DNA of 64,000 nt from a virus (taxonomy: Duplodnaviria; Caudoviricetes), in the IMG/VR virus record IMGVR_UViG_3300043598_000016, positions 64 to 64,063 of that record; one strand, given 5' to 3'. The notes under the pieces were generated by a model. That model was not told the origin of the DNA and searched no databases. It saw only the letters and a list, made by a program, of their open reading frames with translations. Shown in pieces: positions 27,787 to 36,218 of this stretch. How positions within the stretch are numbered: the stretch's first letter is position 1; each line of letters opens with the position of its first letter. Both the position numbers and the translations under genes were made by a program.

Positions 27787-28031
27787 TGGCCCGTCACGTC
27801 CGCCGCCGCGTCCGGTGGGGCCGCGCCGCCGTGGTCGTTTTCATCGCGCTGGTGCTGTCCTGGGGGCTCACCACGCTGGCCCGCGCGCTCGGCCTGCCCA
27901 CCGTTGGCTGGCTCACCCTGGTGCTGGCCGGCCTGGCTGTCCTGCTGTCCGTGGTGCTGGCCCCCTGGTACCTGCAGCCACCCGAGGATCCCCCGACCGC
28001 CCCGACCCCCAGAGGAGACAGAGACCGATGA
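27783..28031 (+). CDS. membrane protein (2 TM)
   Basis: Two hydrophobic helices. Confidence 0.6.
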   Translation: MMARHVRRRVRWGRAAVVVFIALVLSWGLTTLARALGLPTVGWLTLVLAGLAVLLSVVLAPWYLQPPEDPPTAPTPRGDRDR

Positions 28032-28552
28032 CTACCGAGACACCGAAGAGCGACCCGGCGCCGCCGGCGGACGGCTCGGTGGCGGCGGCCAAGGACACGT
28101 TCGTCCGCGCGTCAGCCCACGAGACGGCACGGCTCGAGATCCGGATCCGGGAACTAGAGCGGTTGGTGGTGGCGCTGTCCGAACGCACCATCCAACTCCG
28201 CGCCGCCGAGCGGCGGCTGGCCGAGGCTCAGACGGTTCTGGCCACGCTCGGCGCCGAGCTGGCCGACGCGCGCCGCCAGCTGGCCGAGGCGCCGACCCGG
28301 CAAAAGGTGGCCGAGCGTCAGGAGAAGTTCGGCGCCGATATCGCCGAGGTGCTGCGCCACGCGCAGCAGGTCCCGGCGGACCAATGGCACGACCCGGCCG
28401 CCGAGCTGGCCACCACGCCGCCGGCGGACCAGGAGATCGGCGCCATGGCTGCCGTGCTGGGGGCGCTGACCGGGCTCAACCCGCCGGCCCAGGATGCCGT
28501 GCTGAGCTGGGTGGGCCGCCGCGTCGAACGGGATCGGCAGAGCAAGCGATGA
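28028..28552 (+). CDS. coiled-coil hypothetical protein
   Basis: ATG 28028 with GAGGAG RBS. Confidence 0.65.
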   Translation: MTTETPKSDPAPPADGSVAAAKDTFVRASAHETARLEIRIRELERLVVALSERTIQLRAAERRLAEAQTVLATLGAELADARRQLAEAPTRQKVAERQEKFGADIAEVLRHAQQVPADQWHDPAAELATTPPADQEIGAMAAVLGALTGLNPPAQDAVLSWVGRRVERDRQSKR

Positions 28553-28905
28553 GCACCGAGGCGGGCACGATGACCGATCCCGAGGAGCTCGGCGGAACCC
28601 TGGCGCTGCGCACCGCGCGGAGTTTCGCCCACCGCCTCGGCACCCCGGCCTACCCGGTGGGCGCCCGGATCGCGGCGGTGGAGGCCATCCGCGATGAGTG
28701 CGGGGTGTCCGATGGCACCGCCTACGCCGCGCTGCGCCACCTGCAGCGGTGGGGGCGGCTGTCCAGCCACCAGGGCGCCCGCTCGGTGGTGCTGGCCCCG
28801 CCACCGCCGGACCAGGCCGCCGAGCGGGCCCAGGTGCTGGCCGATGCCCGGGCCGCCCACCTAGCCCTCGGCCGACTGATCGAGCAGCTGGCCGAGCTCG
28901 AGTGA
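28549..28905 (+). CDS. GntR-family winged-helix regulator
   Basis: YPVGARI...IRDECGVSDGTAYAALRHLQRWGRLSSHQGARSVV matches the GntR wHTH pattern. Confidence 0.75.
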   Translation: MSTEAGTMTDPEELGGTLALRTARSFAHRLGTPAYPVGARIAAVEAIRDECGVSDGTAYAALRHLQRWGRLSSHQGARSVVLAPPPPDQAAERAQVLADARAAHLALGRLIEQLAELE

Positions 28906-28950
28906 TGGCCGCACCACCCAGCCCACAAGATCAACCCAAGTGAGGAAGTC

Positions 28951-29508
28951 ATGCCACCACGCAAGCGCGCCGCCGATCCAGCCACCAACGGCACCCACCC
29001 GGCCGGGCCGGACCGCCCGGTGCACGCCGAGTACAGCGATGAGCCAACCTGCCCCAAGTGCCTCAGCCAGGAGATCAGCGCCGAGTACCACGCGCCCGGC
29101 ACCCGGCCCGGGCCGGCGGACACCACCGTGGGCCCGGCGCCCGGCATGCCCGAGTGGTTGCGCCGGATCTGTGAGTGCGGGTTCAGCTGGCCGGAGATGT
29201 GCGCGGACTACTACGACCCGTGGGCCCAGCTGATCCGTGACGCGGTCGGGGCCACCGGCGCCATGCCGGACTTTGGCCTGCCCCCGTCCGCGCGGACCAG
29301 CTACCTGGACGCCAGCGGCACGGTGGTGGCCCGGTGGGCGCACTACAACACCGCCGAGCTCGAGGGCGTGTCGCGTTGGGAGAACGTCACCTCGGTGGAG
29401 GTGGTCATCTACCAGCCCGGCGATGCGGCCAACCCGGAGACCGTCATCACCGTGCCGAGCCCATGGACCGCGCCGGCCCAGCCAGCCGCGCCGGCGGCCG
29501 CCCAGTGA
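28951..29508 (+). CDS. hypothetical Zn-ribbon protein
   Basis: CPKC...LRRICECGFSW; GAGGA RBS. Confidence 0.65.
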   Translation: MPPRKRAADPATNGTHPAGPDRPVHAEYSDEPTCPKCLSQEISAEYHAPGTRPGPADTTVGPAPGMPEWLRRICECGFSWPEMCADYYDPWAQLIRDAVGATGAMPDFGLPPSARTSYLDASGTVVARWAHYNTAELEGVSRWENVTSVEVVIYQPGDAANPETVITVPSPWTAPAQPAAPAAAQ

Positions 29509-29921
29509 TCGGCGGGCCCGAGCCGCGCTGTTGCCGGGAGCACCGCTGCCGACGGTCCCAGCCGATCCGGGTATTCCGCTCTGAGCTGACCGGCACCTGG
29601 TATGCGGTCACCGAGTGGGCGGACCGGGGCGGCGGCTCGATCGAGGCCATGCAGAAACACCGGGTACACCCGCACGATGCCGAGCAGCTAGAAACGCTGT
29701 TCGACGCGTGGGAGGCCCGGGCCGAGGGGCGCCGGCAGATCCTGGACGTGCCGCTGCCCAGCCTCGAGCTCGAGGCGGATCCCGCCGGCCCGGCGCCGGT
29801 CTGCCGCTGGTGCGGTGAGCTGCTGCACCAGCGGATCGGCGGGGTCTGGCGCGGCCCGGATGACAAGGTGACATGCGACTCCGCCCAGCACGTCCATGAG
29901 CCCCGGGAGGCCGGCCAGTGA
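29505..29921 (+). CDS. hypothetical protein
   Basis: GTGA overlap; CRWCG...C...HEP. Confidence 0.55.
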   Translation: MIGGPEPRCCREHRCRRSQPIRVFRSELTGTWYAVTEWADRGGGSIEAMQKHRVHPHDAEQLETLFDAWEARAEGRRQILDVPLPSLELEADPAGPAPVCRWCGELLHQRIGGVWRGPDDKVTCDSAQHVHEPREAGQ

Positions 29922-30169
29922 GCGGGCCCGAGCCGGCCCGGCTCGAGGCGCGGATCCGGGAACTGGAGCGGCTGGTGGTGGCGCTGGCCCAGCTGGTCTT
30001 TGACGGCATGCGCGTGCCACCGGGCGCGGACATCACCGAGGCTTCCCTGGTCCTGCGGGCGGCCCGCAACGCGGCCGGCGGCGGTGGCCTGGCCACCCGG
30101 CCCAGCTGGCAGCCCGAGCCGCCGGCGGAACTCCGGGAGCGGTACGGCGGTGATCACTCGTTCGGGTGA
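29918..30169 (+). CDS. hypothetical protein
   Basis: GGAGG RBS; shares RIRELERLVVAL with 28028-28552. Confidence 0.55.
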   Translation: MSGPEPARLEARIRELERLVVALAQLVFDGMRVPPGADITEASLVLRAARNAAGGGGLATRPSWQPEPPAELRERYGGDHSFG

Positions 30170-30266
30170 CGTAACCCTGGGATTCTGTAACGCCCAGCCC
30201 CGGCCATACGACAGGCTCAACGAACCGTAGTTTTCAAGCCCACAACTCAAGGGAGCCTCACCCCTC

Positions 30267-30731
30267 ATGCTCAAGCCACTCGCATTCATCGCCAGCGCCA
30301 TGGTCGTACTCGGCATCGGCCTGGCCGCCTGCTCCACCCCGGCGCCGGCCGAGCCCAAGCCCTACACCGGGTTCACCGGCTACAACGCACCGGCGTACAC
30401 CGCGCCCGAGGTGCCCGCCCAGCTGCCGGCCAGCGCCTACTACACCGCGCCGGTGGCGGCGGCCCCGGCCGAGCCCACCTACCAGGCGGCGGAGGTCTAC
30501 CCGCTGACCGAGGTCACCTCGGGCACCTACCTGGTGGGGTCCGAGATCACCGCCGGCCGCTACGTCACCGAGGGCGCCAGCTACTGCTACTTCGCCCGGT
30601 TGCGCGACCTGGACGGCGGCCTCAGTTCGATCATCGACAACGGCAACCCGCGCGGCCACACCACCATCAAGGTGGGCGCCAAGGATGTCGCGCTCGAGGT
30701 CAAGGGAAACTGCTCGTTCCGCAAGATCTGA
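30267..30731 (+). CDS. lipoprotein
   Basis: Lipobox LAAC; GTYLVGSEITAGRY...CYFARL...IIDN...C domain common in actinobacterial lipoproteins. Confidence 0.82.
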   Translation: MLKPLAFIASAMVVLGIGLAACSTPAPAEPKPYTGFTGYNAPAYTAPEVPAQLPASAYYTAPVAAAPAEPTYQAAEVYPLTEVTSGTYLVGSEITAGRYVTEGASYCYFARLRDLDGGLSSIIDNGNPRGHTTIKVGAKDVALEVKGNCSFRKI

Positions 30732-30782
30732 CCCGCCCCCGCACTACCAGCCCCGACCACCACTCACAGAGAGAGCCTCACA

Positions 30783-31082
30783 ATGATCACCTGGAATGAA
30801 GACAAGCCTGAGTTCACCCCCGGACCGCCGGCGCCGCCGGTAGTCCTCCCGCCCCTCGGCGGCACCGCCACCATGGCGATCGTGTCCCTGACATCCGCAC
30901 TGCTCGGCCTGCTGATCCTGCCCATCCTGCTCGGCCCCCTGGCCGTCATCACCGGGGCGTGCGGGTTTGGCCATGGCAAGCCAGCCAAGGGCGCAGCGAT
31001 GGCCGGGGTGATCATCGGCCTGTTTGACACGGTGGTCGTGGTGACGCGCTTCGCCGCTCTGTCCCAGGCCACCGGTTACTGA
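30783..31082 (+). CDS. DUF4190-like membrane protein
   Basis: MAIVSL...LGPLAVITG...G.AMAGVIIG pattern. Confidence 0.7.
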   Translation: MITWNEDKPEFTPGPPAPPVVLPPLGGTATMAIVSLTSALLGLLILPILLGPLAVITGACGFGHGKPAKGAAMAGVIIGLFDTVVVVTRFAALSQATGY

Positions 31083-31101
31083 TCCCCCGCTCGGCGGGGC
31101 C

Positions 31102-31165
31102 AGCCCCCAGGCTTTATGTTTCGATACAGTAACGCTTACTGTAATCGGGCATAAACCTGGGGGCT
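31102..31165. promoter_or_regulatory. 64-nt imperfect palindrome (hairpin/operator)
   Basis: AGCCCCCAGG-CTTTATG-TTTCGAT-ACAGTAA-CGC-TTACTGT-AATCGGG-CATAAA-CCTGGGGGCT. Confidence 0.7.
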
Positions 31166-31216
31166 TTCGCCGTATTACCTGGTGCACACAGTCCCGACCA
31201 AACAACCGGAGTCACG

Positions 31217-31909
31217 ATGAACGAACGTCAAGCACGAGCACTAGCCCGGTACCACCGGGTGCGGGCCCAGGCAGAGCTGAACCTGGCCAGCGCCTACGCC
31301 TCGTTCGCCGAGGTGGAGACCGAGGCGGAGCCGCCGGTGGAGATGCCGGCACCGCGCGGCCGCCGCCAAGCCCAGATCACCGAACTGCTCACCGGGGTGG
31401 AGGCCGGGCTGACCTCGGCCGCCATCGCGGCGGAGATCGGCGGCGGGTACGCGGCGGCCAACGCCCATGACGCGCTGCAGTCCCTCGAGCGCGCCGGCAT
31501 CGTCGAGCTGGTGGCCGGGGTCCACCCGATCACCTGGCGGCTGGCGCCGCGCTACCAGCGCAACGGCCGGGTATTCGCCCGGGTGGCCAGCCGGATCAGA
31601 GAGGGGGAGTGGGCCACCTACGGGGACGTGTCCGTGGCGGTCACCGACGACACCCGGGCATCACGCGGGGTGGGCTCGGCGGCCCGGAGGATGCCGGACT
31701 TCCCGCACCCCGAGCGGCTGCTCAAGGACGGGGGAGTCATTCACCCGAACTGGCTGGACGCGGCCGGCCGGGGCCCGGAGCACGCCCGGCAGCTGCTCGA
31801 GAGCCAGGGCGTGCGGTTCAGCGCGGATGGGCTGGCCGACCCGGAGCAGCGGGTCAGCGCGAAGGAACTCCGCCGCCGGGATGAGGTGGAGCCGGTCACC
31901 TGGGAGTGA
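31217..31909 (+). CDS. winged-helix + MGMT-family alkyltransferase-like (ATL) fusion
   Basis: N-terminal wHTH (LTSAAIAAEIG...LQSLERAGIVE); IREGEWATYGDV...SRGVG...PHPERLLKDGG...LLESQGVRF; no active-site Cys. Confidence 0.75.
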   Translation: MNERQARALARYHRVRAQAELNLASAYASFAEVETEAEPPVEMPAPRGRRQAQITELLTGVEAGLTSAAIAAEIGGGYAAANAHDALQSLERAGIVELVAGVHPITWRLAPRYQRNGRVFARVASRIREGEWATYGDVSVAVTDDTRASRGVGSAARRMPDFPHPERLLKDGGVIHPNWLDAAGRGPEHARQLLESQGVRFSADGLADPEQRVSAKELRRRDEVEPVTWE

Positions 31910-32081
31910 GCTAGCATCTCTCCCGGCGCGCCCGGCGTCACTAGCCGCAGCCGCGAGGCGGGCACCCGGGCCCCGCAACACAGCCAGCCCCTCGGCCGCA
32001 CCAGTCCCGGCCGGGGGGCTGTCTCATGCCCTGATCGAGTGACGTGACCGCCGCTAGGGTGGGCTCGTTAATCCCTGGTGG

Positions 32082-32150
32082 GCTCACCCCGCCGCGTGTT
32101 GAGCCCTGGCCCACGGGGAGCGCCGGGCGCCGCGCGGCGGGGTGAGCTTT
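32082..32150 (+). terminator. terminator at the convergence of the two arms
   Basis: 15-bp inverted repeat GCTCACCCCGCCGCG / CGCGGCGGGGTGAGC followed by TTT. Confidence 0.6.
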
Positions 32151-32261
32151 CCTACAGCCGGCAGCCACGGCGGGAGCCTCAATCCCCGGACCACCGGACG
32201 TTTGCCAGGCTACGGGCACCCTTACCCGGCGACCAGGCGGCCTAACCCGCCGAGCGGCCAC

Positions 32262-33017
32262 CTACACAAACAGTGGCATCATGCGGTCTGTGCGGGGCGC
32301 CGCCAGGCTCAGTGAGTTCACCGAGAATGTGCCGGTGCGCGCCGAGCCGGACCCGGCGTTAGGCACGTCCCCGGCCAGCCCGCCGCCGAATTTCGAGATG
32401 ACCGCGATGGCCGAGTCCCAGAGCCCCGAGGTGGTGGCCGGCGCGGCGGCTGTCTTGGCTTGGATCACCTGGGCCCAGGTGGGCGCCGAGGCCGGGTAAT
32501 TCATGATCGCATCACCGGCCGGGTTCAGGTTCCGGGTCTGCTCGGCGAACTCGTAGAGCTCCAGGGTGAGATCCGCCGGCGCCACCCCGGTGAGCGCGGT
32601 AGGTGTGATGGAGGTATTGGTGGCCGGTGAGGGCTGCTCGATATAGGCGGTGCGCTGGGTGGATGCGCCGGCGCCCTTCACCAGCAGGATCACCCAGGCC
32701 ATCGGGTGCGATCCGGTGGTCAGCGAAACCCGGTACTTGGCGCTGCCGCCGGCGTTGGTCACGTCGTAGCTGCTAGCCGGCTTGCACCAGCAGCCCGAGC
32801 CCAACGCCGAGTGCGCCGAGTTGGCCAGCACGGTCCAGGCCGGGGAGACCGCGCCCGAGGGGGCCAGCGTGATGGTGGCATAGGTCTGCGGCGTGCCGTT
32901 GGTGACCGCCAGCACGAGCAGATCACCCAGCGCGATGCCGGCCGGCAGCGGGATGTCCACAAACGTGGCGGTGGCGGTCTGCCCGCCGCCCAGCGCGGTG
33001 ACATCGCCGAAAGCCAT
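32262..33017 (-). CDS. putative minor tail / receptor-binding protein
   Basis: A/T/S-rich beta protein with GDLLVL motif. Confidence 0.6.
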   Translation of the reverse strand: MAFGDVTALGGGQTATATFVDIPLPAGIALGDLLVLAVTNGTPQTYATITLAPSGAVSPAWTVLANSAHSALGSGCWCKPASSYDVTNAGGSAKYRVSLTTGSHPMAWVILLVKGAGASTQRTAYIEQPSPATNTSITPTALTGVAPADLTLELYEFAEQTRNLNPAGDAIMNYPASAPTWAQVIQAKTAAAPATTSGLWDSAIAVISKFGGGLAGDVPNAGSGSARTGTFSVNSLSLAAPRTDRMMPLFV

Positions 33018-33839
33018 CTAGCACCCCCGGCAGAGCACACCGGCGCTGGGCCGGCGGTAGCCGAACACCCGGCGGCGCTGGACGTATAGCCCGCTCGGCC
33101 GCTGCTCGAGCTCATCGGCGTGATGGGCCGGCGCGAAAAATGGCATCATCCGCGCGGTCGGGTTGTCCGCTTTGATCAGCGCGGCGACCAGGTAAGAGGC
33201 ACTGGACGAGGTCACCGAGGTGGGGGTCTGCGCGGAATTGGGAACGCTGGCGTTGTAGATCACCGGGTTGGTGCCGGGGTCCAGCTCCACCGTGTAGCCG
33301 GCGGTGGCCCCGGTGGTCTGACCGGTACCGTTGGTGCCGAACCCGAGGTAGAGCCGGTTGATCCCGCTCGGTGTCATCGTCGGAAAGGTCACCGTGGTTG
33401 ATGCGGTGGTGTTGGCCCGGGTGCCGCCGGCGCCTACCTGGGTGTAAATCGTGCCCAGTCCGCCGGTGGTGGTGAACGCCTTACAGTTGCGCCGCACTGA
33501 CTGGCCGGTGCCCTGCCCGGAGATGGTGGCGGTGATGGTGCTGGCCCCGGGGGTGATCACTTTGCCCATCCACAGCTCAAGATCCCAACTGACGCTAGCG
33601 AACGGGCCAGCGATCCGCTGCCAGGCGCCGTCCAGCCCGGATCCGCTGGCGTTACAGCCGCCGCCGGACAGCGCGGTCATAGTCCCGGCGCTGGCGTAGC
33701 TGGTAGCGAATACCAGCAGGTCACCGGCCAGCAGCGGACTGACAGACAGCGTCCATGATGTCGCGCTGGACGAGGAGGAGGTGGCCTCCCACATGGCCGA
33801 GCTGTTAGCCGTGCTGGGCGTGATCAGATCATTGGCCAT
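33018..33839 (-). CDS. putative minor tail / receptor-binding protein
   Basis: S/T/G-rich beta protein with AGDLLV motif; paralog-like to its neighbour. Confidence 0.6.
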   Translation of the reverse strand: MANDLITPSTANSSAMWEATSSSSSATSWTLSVSPLLAGDLLVFATSYASAGTMTALSGGGCNASGSGLDGAWQRIAGPFASVSWDLELWMGKVITPGASTITATISGQGTGQSVRRNCKAFTTTGGLGTIYTQVGAGGTRANTTASTTVTFPTMTPSGINRLYLGFGTNGTGQTTGATAGYTVELDPGTNPVIYNASVPNSAQTPTSVTSSSASYLVAALIKADNPTARMMPFFAPAHHADELEQRPSGLYVQRRRVFGYRRPSAGVLCRGC

Positions 33840-33843
33840 CGGG

Positions 33844-34554
33844 TCAGTACCCCGGCGAGACGGCCAGGCAGTCCCACTTCACATCGGTGGCGTTGTAGAC
33901 GAACCCGACGTAATCCTTTTTGCTGGCGGTAACAGTGATCACCGGTTGGGTTACCAGAGTGCCGAACCGGTAGACCGCATTCCAGGTGACCGCGCGGCTG
34001 CCGGTGGCGTCCTGCTTGATCTCAAAAAGGATCTTCTGGCCATCGCTCGGGTTGCTCGGCGCGCCCATCGCTCGGGTGGCCCCCACCCCCGAGGTCATCA
34101 GCAACCTGAAGTGAGTGCCCAGTGCCGCGTTGACCGCCACCGTGGCCGCGTCGGTGAGCGCCACCGGCGGGTGCGGGACCACCGCCAGATCCGGATCCGG
34201 GTAGCTGCCGGTGAGCGCCCCGCCGGCGGACCCGTTCGGCGCCCGGGAGTCGGTGGTGCTGGCGTGGTTGCCGGGCAGCGCCTGGGCCGCCCCGGTGCCG
34301 AGCGTGCGTAGCCCGGCGGTGGCCGCCGCCGGGTCCTTGATAGCCGCCGCGATTTCCGCGCCGCCTACCGCGCCGGCCGCGATGTCCGGGTTGGGAAAGT
34401 TGCCGGTCAGATCACCGCCGGCGGCCGCCGTGGCGCCGAGCTTGCCGGCCAGCGCCGAGGTGGTGGCCGACGCGTCCGCCTTGGCCGCCAGGTCGGCCAC
34501 CAGGTTGAGCGTGTCCGCCTCGGGCAACTGGCCGAACATGGCATGCGTGCCCAC
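33844..34554 (-). CDS. tail fibre-like protein
   Basis: AGGDLTGNFPNP / AGGALTGSYPDP repeats and LTDAATVA...IKQDATGSRAVTW domain. Confidence 0.65.
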   Translation of the reverse strand: MGTHAMFGQLPEADTLNLVADLAAKADASATTSALAGKLGATAAAGGDLTGNFPNPDIAAGAVGGAEIAAAIKDPAAATAGLRTLGTGAAQALPGNHASTTDSRAPNGSAGGALTGSYPDPDLAVVPHPPVALTDAATVAVNAALGTHFRLLMTSGVGATRAMGAPSNPSDGQKILFEIKQDATGSRAVTWNAVYRFGTLVTQPVITVTASKKDYVGFVYNATDVKWDCLAVSPGY

Positions 34555-34556
34555 GA

Positions 34557-35120
34557 TCAGGCCGCCTTATTGACCAGCACCCGGAACTGGTTCGAGGTGG
34601 GCACGGTGGTGCCGAAGTCGACAGAGCTGGCGTTCACCCCGGTCCGTTTGATCACCGGGTGCACCGTCTGCCCGTCGCTGATCCGCACCACCGTAATGTG
34701 CACGTCCAGGCTGTTGAGGTTGTGCGTCACCACGTAGCTGCTGGCCGCGCCGTCGCCGATGTTGGCCACGTACCCGCCGGCCGAGCCGCCGGCCGCTTCT
34801 AGGGCATCCACCCGGGTGTCCAGCGCGCCGAGTGAGGCGGTGATGGTGGCGGCGTAGTTGGGATCATCGCCGAGCGCGGCGGCCAGCTCGTTCAGCGTGT
34901 CCAAGGTGCTCGGCGCCCCGGCGATATCCAGCACGCTGCTGATCCGCCCGTCCACGTAGGACTGGGCATCGCTGATGGTGGCCATCACCTGGGTGCCGGT
35001 GTGGCTGGCCCGGGCCTGCGCGGCGGCCACCCCGGTATCCAGCTGAGACTTGACCACCCCGTCCGTGCTGGCCGAGCCAGCCTCGAAGCTGACCTTTCCG
35101 TAGAACTGATCGGTTGCCAT
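34557..35120 (-). CDS. tail fibre-like protein
   Basis: LDTLNELAAALGDDPNYAATIT fibre repeat, RASHTGTQ and VTHNLN motifs. Confidence 0.7.
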   Translation of the reverse strand: MATDQFYGKVSFEAGSASTDGVVKSQLDTGVAAAQARASHTGTQVMATISDAQSYVDGRISSVLDIAGAPSTLDTLNELAAALGDDPNYAATITASLGALDTRVDALEAAGGSAGGYVANIGDGAASSYVVTHNLNSLDVHITVVRISDGQTVHPVIKRTGVNASSVDFGTTVPTSNQFRVLVNKAA

Positions 35121-35129
35121 GGGAACCCC

Positions 35130-35771
35130 TCAGGAGAGCCGGACAATGCCGGTGAAGTCATCGCGGAAATCCAGCCGGACCTCTTGGCCCGGGGTGGTGT
35201 AACTCAGCAGCGGATGGATGTTGGAGCCATCGGTGTGCAGCGCCTCCACCCCGGCCGGGTCGAACCCGAGCTCATGGGTGATGATCGCCACCGTGGTGGG
35301 GTCGCCGATCTCGTAGAGGAACCCCAGCGCGATGAACCCGCCGCCGCCGCCGGCCGGCGGCAACTGATTGGCCGGCACCTTGCCGGTGGCGTCCAGGCTG
35401 GCCACCCCGTTGGGCGCGCCCCGCTCGGCCCGGGTGATATAGAGCTCGGGAGTCTGGGAGATCGGCTCCAGGGTGTCCGGGTCCACCAGGTAATCCGTGA
35501 CATCCACCGGCAGAGTGGGCGGGTCGGTGACCGGGATGTCCGCGAACAGCGACGCGCTGCGCCAGATCCGGATCTTTGCCACCACGCCGAGCCCGGCGGT
35601 GGGCGGCAGGATCAACTCCCAGGCGCCAGCCTCGTCGGTGCGCGCCAGGTCCACCCCGCCCACGATGGGCGCCGTGGTGGAGCCCGGCGGCCACAGAGTG
35701 GCGGTCACCATCCGCCCGGCGATCGGCTCACCGGACTCCGGGTCAACCGCCACCCCGCGAACAATGGTCAT
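35130..35771 (-). CDS. putative minor tail/structural protein
   Basis: GAPNGVASLDATGKVPANQLP fibre motif; ITHELG.DP. Confidence 0.65.
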   Translation of the reverse strand: MTIVRGVAVDPESGEPIAGRMVTATLWPPGSTTAPIVGGVDLARTDEAGAWELILPPTAGLGVVAKIRIWRSASLFADIPVTDPPTLPVDVTDYLVDPDTLEPISQTPELYITRAERGAPNGVASLDATGKVPANQLPPAGGGGGFIALGFLYEIGDPTTVAIITHELGFDPAGVEALHTDGSNIHPLLSYTTPGQEVRLDFRDDFTGIVRLS

Positions 35772-35786
35772 CGGCGTGCCGGCCTC

Positions 35787-35945
35787 TCAGTAGTAGTACC
35801 GGCGCGGCCCGACCGGGCGGCCCGTCACGGACAGCAGCAGCAGGACCAGCCCCACCACCAGCAGGATGATCCCGATGGCCTTGAGCAGGAACAGCGGGAT
35901 CAACAGGTAGTAGAGCAGCAGGAAGATCACGCCCAGCACGATCAT
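35787..35945 (-). CDS. 52-aa 2-TM membrane protein (DUF6131-like)
   Basis: MIVLGVIFLLL...IGIILLVVGLVL...GRPVGPRRYYY; ATGA overlap with holin; not in ORF track. Confidence 0.7.
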   Translation of the reverse strand: MIVLGVIFLLLYYLLIPLFLLKAIGIILLVVGLVLLLLSVTGRPVGPRRYYY

Positions 35946-36208
35946 GACTGGTAGCCCTCCGGGTAGTCCGGCAACGGCTCATCGCTGTACGCGGGAGCCC
36001 GTACCTGGTGCGGCGCGGCGTAGCCGGCCAGCCCGGGCAGCCCGCCGCCGGCCAGCACACCGATCACGATGGACAGCCACGCGGGCATGCCCGGCACGAT
36101 CGAGGCATCGGTGAGGATCGCGGGCAGCCCGGTCAGCACCAGGCCGACCACCGCCCCGATGAACGCGGACCACTTCACCTTGGGTTCAACCGGCGCGCTC
36201 TCAGCCAT
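35942..36208 (-). CDS. holin
   Basis: VEPKVK...2 TM...AGYAAPH..R actinomycete holin pattern, directly after endolysin. Confidence 0.78.
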   Translation of the reverse strand: MAESAPVEPKVKWSAFIGAVVGLVLTGLPAILTDASIVPGMPAWLSIVIGVLAGGGLPGLAGYAAPHQVRAPAYSDEPLPDYPEGYQS

Positions 36209-36218
36209 TGGAGGCTCC

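Noticed and set aside
31910-32261. tRNA or structured ncRNA in the convergent gap
   Set aside because: No cloverleaf or T-loop consensus recognised; the inverted repeat is adequately explained as a terminator.
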